Part shown: piece by piece, positions 10,379 to 19,059 of the stretch
Layout of the letters: each line of letters starts with the position of its first letter
Numbering within the stretch: position 1 is the stretch's first letter
Source: an uncultured Armatimonadetes bacterium
GTDB taxonomy: Bacteria > Armatimonadota > UBA5829 > DTJY01
Reading direction: 5' to 3'
Length of the DNA stretch: 64,000 nucleotides
Assembly: GCA_963717145.1 (NCBI GenBank)
Contig: OY970325.1
Span: 4,480,001-4,544,000 of the forward strand
Made by a program: the position numbers and the translations under genes
The notes under the pieces: generated by a model
Told to the model about the DNA's origin: nothing
What the model saw: only the letters and a program-made list of their open reading frames with translations
The model's database searches: none

Positions 10379-11696
10379 GAGTAATCCTCCTGCCTGATCT
10401 CCACCGGAATGCCGCCGCGCTCGACGGACTCAAGGGCGCGGAGGATGATGGCGGTCGGGACGGCGGCGATCCGGGCGCTGCACTCCGGTTCGTCGGGGGA
10501 CGGAGCGCCTGTGTCCTCACAGGCTGGAATGCCCGTGGGGACACGGGCGCTCCTGATGCACCGGACGAAGTCGCCGAGCAGGGCGAAGTGCCCCTTGTCG
10601 GGGATCGGCGGCAGGATCGAGTTGTCGCCCTTCTCAAATGCCTCCCGCTGAGCGGCCTCGGTCCGCTGGTAGAACCCCTCGATGCCCTGCGCTTCGATCT
10701 CCGGATAGCGGTCGTTCGGGATCGGGAAGACGGTCCGGAATGGCTCATCGATGACGCCGGCGACCCTCATCTCGACGAGGTGATCGATGATGATCGCCGC
10801 GCCGTTGTGGTAGACCTCGACCAGCTCCTTCGGGTAGCCGAAACTCCCGAACGCGGTGGCGAAGATGGCAGCCAGCGATCCGTCCGCGAACTCGATGGCG
10901 ATAACCTGGCTTTCGACTGAGTACCGATCAGGCCGCCCTTCGATACACGCCCCAGAGGGCGCACTCAGGGCTGTCGGTTGGACCTTCCCAGCAATACCGA
11001 CAGCCCTGAGTGCGCCCTCTGGGGCGTGTATCGAAGGGCGGCTGACGGTCACGCGCACGGGGGCGCTCTCGATGAAGCAGCAGGCGAGGTCGGCGAAGTG
11101 GGTCATCTCGTTGATGAGCGCGCCGTGAGCGAACGCCCACTTCTTCCACGACCAGTAGTCGTCGTTGACGCGGATCATCACCTGAGTCGTCCGCTCGCCG
11201 TCCAAATGCGGGCGGTCGGCCCCTCGCGGTCCCAGCGCCAGGGGGGGGATACGGGATTCGCGCGATGCTTGTTCAGGACGCGGACGGCCTCCCGGACGGC
11301 GGGCGCCATCCGGCGGTTGTGCCCGACGGTGAACCGGATTCCGGTCTCCTCGACGACCGCGAGGATCCGCTTCATCTCGTCGAACGAGTCGGCGAGCGGC
11401 TTCTCGACGTAGATGTGCTTCCCGGCGCGGGCGAAAAGCTCGATCAGCGGCAGGCGGACGGTCTGCGTGGTCGAGAGGATTACCGCCCGGACCTCCGGGT
11501 CGGCGGCGACCTCTGAGGCGTCAACGGTCAGCCGCCGGGGATGAAATCGCTCCCCGACCTTCCGCAGGGTGCCCTCATCGATATCGCAGCACCACAGGAG
11601 TTCAAGCTCCGGGTGCCGCTCGACGTTCGGCAGATGCATCATCTGTGCCATCGCCCCGCACCCGACGACGGCGATTCCGATCTTTTCCACTTGCAT
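10375..11696 (-). CDS. Gfo/Idh/MocA oxidoreductase, split by a 1-nt frameshift near 11220
   Basis: VVGCGAMA, GKHIYVEKP, VGHNRR in the 5' ORF; EMTHFADL in the 3' ORF; one extra G in a G run (minus strand) joins the frames. Confidence 0.85.
10502..10553. repeat. GGAGCGCC..GTCC..CAC inverted pair in frame in the oxidoreductase
   Basis: ggagcgcctgtgtcctcacaggc...gcccgtggggacacgggcgctcc, translated SARVPTGIPACEDTGAP. Confidence 0.75.
10932..11042. repeat. CCTGAGTGCGCC-family palindrome in frame in the oxidoreductase
   Basis: About 46-bp inverted arms; translated RPSIHAPEGALRAVG...TALSAPSGACIEGR. Confidence 0.9.
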
Positions 11697-11811
11697 GCTG
11701 GCTACTCCGGCCCAACCAGGATGAGCACCTCCGGCGCGGCGTTGTACAACCCTTGAAGGTCAACCTTGAACGCCGTCATGGTCACCGAGTACTTGTTCTC
11801 GGACATACGTG

Positions 11812-12282
11812 CTACACCAACTCCTTGACCAACTCGATCGCGCCGCTCTCCCACAACTCGTTGTACCTGCGGGTGAGACGGAAGCCGTGGCTCTCGTAGA
11901 ACCGCACCGTTAACTGATAGGAGGGCTTGGCATCCGGCGGGACCGTCAGTGCGACCACTCGATCGAACCCAAGCTCCCTGACGTGCTCGAAGAAGCGCTC
12001 CATGAGCATCGAGCCGAAGCCCTTGCCCCGGTGGTCCGGATGCGTGCCCATCAGGGTTATCTGGATCGAGCCGTCCCAGCAGGTGAAGACGATGAAGGAC
12101 ACCACCTGACCATCGAACTTCAGGACGAAGAGGTCCTGAAACATGAGATCGCGCCTGGTCTCCTCGGGGACGCCGTCGGTGAACCACTCGCCCATCAGCA
12201 TCCGGGCGATGGCGACGACCTCCTCCGCAACTCCGCCGGTCGGTCTCTGGTGCAGTTCGATAGTCGTTTCCATATCAGTCAT
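11812..12282 (-). CDS. GNAT family N-acetyltransferase
   Basis: HPDHRGKGFGSMLM acetyl-CoA motif; RFYESHGF. Confidence 0.88.
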   Translation of the reverse strand: MTDMETTIELHQRPTGGVAEEVVAIARMLMGEWFTDGVPEETRRDLMFQDLFVLKFDGQVVSFIVFTCWDGSIQITLMGTHPDHRGKGFGSMLMERFFEHVRELGFDRVVALTVPPDAKPSYQLTVRFYESHGFRLTRRYNELWESGAIELVKELV

Positions 12283-12317
12283 CCGTGCGATGTCGTGAGT
12301 ATGGCCACGACATCAGA

Positions 12318-12388
12318 CGGGCGGCCGTTGAAGGCCGCCCCTACGGCCCCTTTGCTCCTTGACTCCTCGACTCCTTTGCTCCTACTCC
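12318..12388. repeat. GTAG-type REP half plus (G/A)CTCCT tandem repeat downstream of lepA
   Basis: gggcggccgttgaaggccgcccctacgg (same family as 15782 and 45420), then ttgctccttgactcctcgactcctttgctcct. Confidence 0.75.
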
Positions 12389-14190
12389 CCAATCTTCAGC
12401 ACCGAGAGGAACGCCTCCTGCGGGACCTCGATGTGGCCGATCTGCTTCATCCGCTTCTTGCCTTCCTTCTGCTTCTCGAGGAGCTTCCGCTTCCGGGTGA
12501 TGTCGCCGCCGTAGCACTTCGCGGTCACGTTCTTCCGGAGCGCGCTGATGTTCTCCGCCGCGATCACCTTGTTCCCGATCGCCGCCTGGATGCGCACCTC
12601 GTACTGCTGCCTCGGGAGGATGCTCTTCAGCCGCTCGACGAGGAGCTTCCCACGCGGATATGCGCGGTCCCGATGCGTGATGAACGACAGTGCGTCGACC
12701 GAGTCGCCGTTGAGCAGGATGTCGAGCTTCACCAGCTTCGACACCTGGAATCCACAGAACTCGTAGTCGAACGACGCGTAGCCCTTCGTCCGGCTCTTGA
12801 GCTGGTCGAAGAAGTCCATCAGGATCTCCGACAGCGGAATCTTGTAGTGGACGAATACCCTGTTCGTGCCGGAGTACTCCATGTGAACGAACGTCCCGCG
12901 CCTGTCCTGGCAAAGCTCCATCACGCTCCCCAGGTACTCCGCGGGGACGATGATCGTCGCATCGACATACGGCTCCTCGATCCGCTCGATCAGGTTCGCG
13001 CTCGGCAGGTTCGACGGGTTGTCGACCTCGATCATGTTCCCGTCGGTCTTCGTCACATGATATATGACGCTCGGCGCGGTGGCGATCAGCGGTATGCCGG
13101 CCTCGCGCTCCAGTCGCTCCTGGACGATCTCCATGTGCAGGAGTCCGAGGAACCCGCAGCGGAAGCCGAATCCGAGCGCCGCGGAACTCTCCGGCTCATA
13201 GATGAGCGACGAGTCGTTGAGCTGGAGCTTGGCGAGCGCATCGCGCAGGTCGGGGTACTGGTTGCTGTCGAGCGGGTAGAGGCCGCAGTAGACCATCGGC
13301 TTGGGGTGCTTATATCCCGGCAGCGGCTCGGTGGCCGGGTTGTCGGCGGATGTGATCGTGTCGCCCACCTCGCTGTCGGCGACGACCTTGATCGCCGCCA
13401 TCAGGTATCCGACTTCGCCCGCATGGAGCGCATCGACCGAAGTCATCTTGGGCTTGAACACACCTACGCTCGACACCTCGAACGTCTTGCCGCCGGTCAT
13501 CATCTTGATCCGCGTGCCCTGGCGGAGTTCGCCATCTACTACTCGGATGTAGGCGACGACTCCCTGGTACTGATCGTAGTGCGAGTCGTAGATCAGCGCT
13601 CGGAGCGGCGCATCGGGGTCGCCCGAGGGCGCAGGGATGCGGCTCACGACCGCCTCCAGGACGTCACCGACGCCGGTTCCGGCGCGGGCACTCGCGTGGA
13701 TGGCGTCGTGCGCCTCTAGTGCGAGGACCGTCTCGATCTCCTCGATTACTCGCTCGGGGTCGGCCATCGGGAGGTCGATCTTGTTGATGACGGGGATGAT
13801 CGCGAGCTTGGCGGCGATCGCCAGGTTGACGTTCGCGAGCGTCTGAGCCTCGACGCCCTGTACGGCATCGACGATCAGAAGCGCTCCCTCGCACGCGGCG
13901 AGGCTTCGAGATACCTCATAGGAGAAATCGACGTGCCCGGGCGTGTCGATCAGGTTCAGGACGTACTTCTTGCCGTCCTTCGCTGTGTAGTCGAGCCGGA
14001 CGGACGCCATCTTGATCGTGATGCCGCGCTCCCGTTCGAGGTCCATGCTGTCGAGCACCTGCTCCTGCATGTCCCGCTGCTCGATTGCGCCGGTGACCTC
14101 GAGGATCCTGTCCGCCAGCGTCGATTTTCCGTGATCTATGTGAGCGATGATGCAGAAATTCCGGATGTTCTGTTGGTTGTTCTTCGTCAT
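12382..14190 (-). CDS. lepA: Translation elongation factor 4 (LepA)
   Basis: [61 protein letters not shown]. Confidence 0.99.
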   Translation of the reverse strand: MTKNNQQNIRNFCIIAHIDHGKSTLADRILEVTGAIEQRDMQEQVLDSMDLERERGITIKMASVRLDYTAKDGKKYVLNLIDTPGHVDFSYEVSRSLAACEGALLIVDAVQGVEAQTLANVNLAIAAKLAIIPVINKIDLPMADPERVIEEIETVLALEAHDAIHASARAGTGVGDVLEAVVSRIPAPSGDPDAPLRALIYDSHYDQYQGVVAYIRVVDGELRQGTRIKMMTGGKTFEVSSVGVFKPKMTSVDALHAGEVGYLMAAIKVVADSEVGDTITSADNPATEPLPGYKHPKPMVYCGLYPLDSNQYPDLRDALAKLQLNDSSLIYEPESSAALGFGFRCGFLGLLHMEIVQERLEREAGIPLIATAPSVIYHVTKTDGNMIEVDNPSNLPSANLIERIEEPYVDATIIVPAEYLGSVMELCQDRRGTFVHMEYSGTNRVFVHYKIPLSEILMDFFDQLKSRTKGYASFDYEFCGFQVSKLVKLDILLNGDSVDALSFITHRDRAYPRGKLLVERLKSILPRQQYEVRIQAAIGNKVIAAENISALRKNVTAKCYGGDITRKRKLLEKQKEGKKRMKQIGHIEVPQEAFLSVLKIGE

Positions 14191-14240
14191 TACGTTTGAA
14201 TTCTATCAAAAACAGGCGCGGAAGTAAAGGCGAAGGGCGG

Positions 14241-14338
14241 CGGGGGAGGTGTTGGGTGTTGGGTGTTGGGGGTTGGGGACCTGGAACCGTCAGCCCTGAG
14301 TGCGCCGTCATTCACCAGGCGCACTCAGGGCTGACGGT
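14241..14338. repeat. GGGTGTT tandem repeat plus short CCTGAGTGCGCC palindrome
   Basis: (gggtgtt)n at about 14247-14278; accgtcagccctgagtgcgcc...ggcgcactcagggctgacggt at 14286-14338. Confidence 0.8.
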
Positions 14339-14365
14339 GTGGTCTTCCGGGCGGTCCTCTGGAAC

Positions 14366-16496
14366 CTATCTCCGATGTGCCTGGTATGCGTCCAACTGCG
14401 CCTTGATCCGTGCGGATAGATCCGGATCCCTCGCCAGTGCGAGGGCCTTCCGGGCGGTGATGACGGCATCATCCCAACGGCTGGCGGACGCATAGGCGGC
14501 GGCGAGGGTATCGAGGTACTGAGGATTGCTGTTCCCCGTGGCTTGACATACCTGCTCGGCAAGACGGACGGCCTCCTTCGAGTCGCGGGCGGTCGCGCCT
14601 GGAACAGTGGCGAGGAACCATGCGAGGTTGTTCTGCGCCTCGGGCCAATTCGGGCGGAGTTCCAGCGCCTTCCTGCATTCCACGATGGCCTCCCTGATCC
14701 TGTTCTTCTGCGCCGAGCCCTATCGCCAGGTTGTAGTGCCCATCGGGGAGGCTGGGATCGGCCTTCACCGCCTTGATGAACTGCTCGAGCGATTCGTCGA
14801 GCTTTCCCTGGAGCGAGTATGCCATCCCGAGGTTGTTGTGGGCTTGGGCGTAGTCCGGTCGAACCTGCACTGCCCGCCGGAGGTTCTCGATGGCGCGGAG
14901 CAGATCATCCGTCTGCATGAGGATCGTCCCCAGATTGTTGAGCGCCTGAGCGTGGTTCGGATCGAGAGCCAGCGTCTTCTCGAACTCCGAGACAGCGTCG
15001 GGAATATCGCTCTTTTCCAGCAGCGCTGCCCCAAGGCTGTAATGCGCATCCGCCCAGCCGGGATTGGCATCCACCGCGCAGTAATGGTGCCGGATCCCCT
15101 CATCCAGGTTTCCGTCCGCGATGAGCGCGAGCCCGAGGTTGTTCTCGGCCACGGCGTTGTTCCTGGTGACGGCGAGCGCGTGTCGGAACAGCGTCTCGCT
15201 GTCGTGCCAGTATCCGACCTGCCGCCACGTGATCGGGAGCAGGACGGCGATGACGAGGATGGAGAGTATGGGAGTATGGGGGTGTGGAGGTGTGGGAGTA
15301 CGGGAGTCCGGACGCCCATACTCCCACACTCCCATACTCCCATACCCTAACATCAGAAACACTCCGATCAGCGGGATGTACGTATATCGGTCCGCCATCG
15401 CCTGCATCCCGACCTGCACCAGGCCGATGACGGGAAGCAGCGTGATGACGTACCAAAGCCATCCCACCAGAAGATGCGGCCGACTGCGCGCCGACCGGAT
15501 CACGAGCGCGGTGATGCCGATCAGCAGAATTCCTGATCCGATCACCTGCCAACCTGGGAGGCTGCTCCCGGGATGTGGGTAGAACACGGCCAGCTTCGTC
15601 GGGTAGACCGTCTTCACGAGATAGGCGACGTATGCGACCAGAGCGTTGGCGATCCGGACACCGAGCGGATAGTGCTCCAGCGAACCGACCGCGAGTCCCC
15701 GGTGTTGGGCGGCGAACGTGACGATCCCCGAGGCCACCGCCATCCCGATGAGTGGCATCTTCTCGTAGATGACACCGATCACCGTAGGGGAGGCCTTCAA
15801 CGGCCTCCCACCCTCCGGCCGGCATTCCGTAGGGGTGGGCTTCGACGCCTGCCCGGCGGGAGGTCGTTGAAGGCCTCCCCTACGGGATATGCCGAGCCGC
15901 TGCAATGGCCAGAAGTCGAGCAGCAATAGGATGAACGGCAGCGTCACCAGCATCGGCTTGCACATCAGGCCGAGTGCAAATGCGACTACGACCGGGATGT
16001 ATCGCCTCACACCCGGGCGCTCCGTGTACCTCACGTACAGGAGCATCGTCAGCATCCAGAAGAATCCGCCGAGCACGTCTTTCCGCTCGGCAACCCACGC
16101 CACCGATTCCACGTGCAGCGGATGAACGGCGAACAGCGCCGCGACGAATGCGCTTGTCCAGATGAGGCCGGTCATGCGCCGAAGGACCAGGAAGAGAAGG
16201 ATGACGCTCGCGATGTGGATCAGCAGGTTCACGGCGTGAGGGCCGGCCGGATTCATGCCGAAGAGCCGGTAGTCGATCATGTGGGAGATCCAGGTCAACG
16301 GATGCCAGTTGGCCTCACGGAAGGTGGTGAATGCCCACGCGATGTCCAGCGACCGGATGTGCGGGTTGGCGGTCACATAGTCATCGTCGTCGTAGTTGAT
16401 GAACTGACTCCCGATCACCTGCCAAAACGCGGCGAGCGTGACGACAGCGAGCATCAGGCATATCAGAATGACCAGTCTGCGATCAGTCATCGCCAT
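14366..16496 (-). CDS. TMTC-like membrane glycosyltransferase with C-terminal TPRs; 1-nt frameshift near 14714
   Basis: YDDDDYV, NWHPLTWISH, HPLHVESVAWVAERKDVL, ADRYTYIP; repeated NNLG TPRs; last TPRs continue in ORF 14366-14683. Confidence 0.88.
15267..15345. repeat. Inverted pair of GGGAGTAT / ATACTCCC tandem repeats in frame in the TPR gene
   Basis: Translated GYGSMGVWEYGRPDSRTPTPPHPHTPI between two TM helices. Confidence 0.85.
15782..15885. repeat. GTAG-type REP doublet in frame in the TPR gene
   Basis: ccgtaggggaggccttcaacggcctccc...gggaggtcgttgaaggcctcccctacgg with a third degenerate GTAGGGG unit inside. Confidence 0.9.
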
Positions 16497-16502
16497 TCAC
16501 CA

Positions 16503-17408
16503 TCAACCATCCTTCCCCAACGCTGCCGGCGCCGACGCCTTCCCGACGAATCCCGCGAGTGCGACGATCGTCAGCAGGTACGGAAGCATCAGCATGAACT
16601 CCGACGGGATCGCGATCCCTCCGATCGCCTGCCCCTGAAGCCGCATCTGGAGCGCATCGAAGAATCCGAAGAACAGGGCCGCGCCCGCCGCGCCGAGCGG
16701 AGTCCACCTGCCGAAGATCACCGCCGCCAGCGCGATGAACCCTCGGCCGCCTGACATGCCCTCCGTGAACATGTTGAGTTGGCCCAGAGAGAGATAGACG
16801 CCCGCCAGTCCGCCCAGAATCCCGCTCCCCGTGACCGCCAGATACCTCACCCAGCCGACCTTGATCCCCACGCTTCTCGCCGCCTCGGGGTTCTCGCCGG
16901 CCGAGCGGATTCGGAGGCCGAATGGAGTCGTGAAGAGCATGAAGTTCAGGCCCAGGATCAGCAGGACGGCGAGGTAGAACATGGCGTTCTGGCCGCTCAG
17001 GACAGGCCCGAGGATCGGAATGCGCCATGTGGGAAGGCCATTCACCGATGCCGAGCCGCCGACGCTCTGCATCACATATCGCAGGATGTACGTCGTCAGC
17101 CCGAGCGCCAGGATATTGAGCGCCACGCCGCTCACGATATGGTTCATCCGCGCCTTCTGTGTAAGCGTCGCATGGATGAGTCCGAGCATCCCGCCCGCCA
17201 TCATGCCCAGCAGCGCGCCGACCCAGGGGCTGCCGGTCAGCATCGAGCCGAGCATCCCGAAGAACGCGCCGACGAGCATCATGCCCTCCAGCGCGATATT
17301 GACGACGCCCGACCGCTCGGAGAGGACGCCTCCCAGCGCGGCGAGCACCAGCGGCGTAGCCAGCCGGAGCGTGCTTCGTATCAGTTCCGTGTCGAATAGG
17401 TCAGCCAT
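16503..17408 (-). CDS. Nucleoside/sugar ABC transporter permease (BPD_transp_2, YufQ/NupQ-like)
   Basis: LATPLVLAALGGVLSERSGVVNIALEG, GLRIRSAGENPEAA, GRGFIALAAVIFGRW. Confidence 0.9.
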   Translation of the reverse strand: MADLFDTELIRSTLRLATPLVLAALGGVLSERSGVVNIALEGMMLVGAFFGMLGSMLTGSPWVGALLGMMAGGMLGLIHATLTQKARMNHIVSGVALNILALGLTTYILRYVMQSVGGSASVNGLPTWRIPILGPVLSGQNAMFYLAVLLILGLNFMLFTTPFGLRIRSAGENPEAARSVGIKVGWVRYLAVTGSGILGGLAGVYLSLGQLNMFTEGMSGGRGFIALAAVIFGRWTPLGAAGAALFFGFFDALQMRLQGQAIGGIAIPSEFMLMLPYLLTIVALAGFVGKASAPAALGKDG

Positions 17409-17532
17409 GGTAGTGAACTCCGATCTCACATTCGCCGCCCCGTGGCTCCGGCCCTCCATACCGGCAATAGTGCCGGTTCTTGGCGGCCTCCCACGCTCAG
17501 GTGGACCGATCAGTTGCCGACACAGCAATAGA

Positions 17533-17548
17533 TGGCACGGTTCTTGCA
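17533..17548 (+). promoter_or_regulatory. Sigma54 (RpoN) -24/-12 promoter
   Basis: TGGCACG-GTTC-TTGCA, exact consensus, 60 nt upstream of the PEP-CTERM start. Confidence 0.8.
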
Positions 17549-17608
17549 CCTCAACCTCATGTATTACTTTGTCACACCTGCCGCATTCTGAATAGAGAGG
17601 TGACCGAA

Positions 17609-18235
17609 ATGGCTAGAGTGATCATGACCATCGTGTTGGCAATCGCAGTTCTCCTGACTATGGCCGGAGTAGCGCATGCGACCATCCCCAACGCCGGCTT
17701 CGAATCGGTTGCTGCCTGGACGATCGGCGGCGTCAACCTGGACGGCAAGTACAGCGCCTACTACGGAACGGATTGGGCCAGCGAGGGAAGCGGGAACTTC
17801 ACATTCCATCGGGGAACCGGCTCAGTGACCGCCGGCAACTATATCCAGATCTCGCAGGTAGGCATCGATCTCACCGGAGCGACCAAGTTCATCTTCGACT
17901 GCCAGGATACCGGCATCGACTGGGTGCCGCTCCAGTTCATCATCGATGATACCAATCTCGTGGGCGAGTGGCAGAACAACGGCTGGCCTGGCGGAGTCGG
18001 ATCCGGCTGGGGGAATACGGCTACGACTCTCGGCATCGAGATTCCTCTGGGATCGGCCTACCCGGGTCTGCACAGCCTCACGATACGGATGTGGAACCCG
18101 GCGTCCCACTTTCCGGCTGATCCGAAGGTCTACCGGATCGACAACCTGCGGACCGATGTCGTTCCCGAGCCGTCATCGCTCTGCGCACTGGCCATGGGCC
18201 TGCCCGCCCTGCTCCTGCGCCGCCGCCGGGCTTAA
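17609..18235 (+). CDS. PEP-CTERM sorting domain protein
   Basis: GAGGTG RBS, signal peptide, C-terminal VPEPSSLCALAMGLPALLLRRRRA. Confidence 0.92.
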   Translation: MARVIMTIVLAIAVLLTMAGVAHATIPNAGFESVAAWTIGGVNLDGKYSAYYGTDWASEGSGNFTFHRGTGSVTAGNYIQISQVGIDLTGATKFIFDCQDTGIDWVPLQFIIDDTNLVGEWQNNGWPGGVGSGWGNTATTLGIEIPLGSAYPGLHSLTIRMWNPASHFPADPKVYRIDNLRTDVVPEPSSLCALAMGLPALLLRRRRA

Positions 18236-18999
18236 TCGCCTGGCTGTTTGGGCTTGGCATTGGGAAGACTCGAAGGGTGTCCGCCGGTGTCGGACGATGG
18301 TTTCTGACCAGCCTTGGCATCCTCAGACTTGGCTGGCGGAGATGCTTCCGAGGATTGGGCTTTGTGCTGCTCGGTCCCCACCTTCGGGCCAGGAGCGGCT
18401 TCCCTCACGGCAGGAGGTAAGCTCGCCCCTGTCTTCGGCTTCTGAATGGAAGCCCCTGCTCTGTGTGAAAGCTCGCTCATCTGCATCTTAGCTGACATCG
18501 CTCCGGCAACGAGGTATATGATCACGAAAATGCAGATAATCACATTACATATACGGGTCAGATTAGCACGACGGACTGCGCCCTTCATTCGATGGTGCGA
18601 CCGCTTTGTTTGGCATCTGATCACAACTGGTTTGCCGTCAGAAAAGAATCCCCCTCGCGACACGGTGCTGACTGAGTCGCCCAGGTACCTCTCCTCCAGC
18701 TCTCTCGCGGAGTGAACCCAGTAGTTGTGATAAGCAACACCTTTGGAAGTCATTGCCCACCAGGCGAGGCAGAGAACTACACCAAGTGCTGATATCAGTA
18801 GTCCTATGAGTGGTAGCGGTCTGCTGGCGGTGAGAGCTACCCCAATGGAACCGAGGAGGACACTATTGGCGAGTAGCATGGCGTTGAACTTCGCCCACAG
18901 GAGGGATCCTTCATAGGTCCAAAGCAAAGCAGCAACCTGATACCCAACACGCGCATTCTCGATTGCACTGCTCTTGGCTGCGTTCGGATTGCCTGCCAT
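18232..18999 (-). CDS. RipA-like multi-TM membrane protein with low-complexity tail
   Basis: YQVA..LW..E..LLWAKFN.MLLAN, TM hairpin, CLAWW...YHNYW...ARELEE, third TM; visibly lower GC. Confidence 0.55.
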   Translation of the reverse strand: MAGNPNAAKSSAIENARVGYQVAALLWTYEGSLLWAKFNAMLLANSVLLGSIGVALTASRPLPLIGLLISALGVVLCLAWWAMTSKGVAYHNYWVHSARELEERYLGDSVSTVSRGGFFSDGKPVVIRCQTKRSHHRMKGAVRRANLTRICNVIICIFVIIYLVAGAMSAKMQMSELSHRAGASIQKPKTGASLPPAVREAAPGPKVGTEQHKAQSSEASPPAKSEDAKAGQKPSSDTGGHPSSLPNAKPKQPGD

Positions 19000-19059
19000 A
19001 TACCTAACACCCCTCTTCTGGATTCGCGGACTCATGGGGCAAGTCCTCCCGACACAGAA

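Noticed and set aside
11241-11248. G8 tract as a phase-variation switch for the oxidoreductase
   Set aside because: The frame reads plausibly through it (SPPWRWDREG); the break is better placed at the shorter run near 11220.
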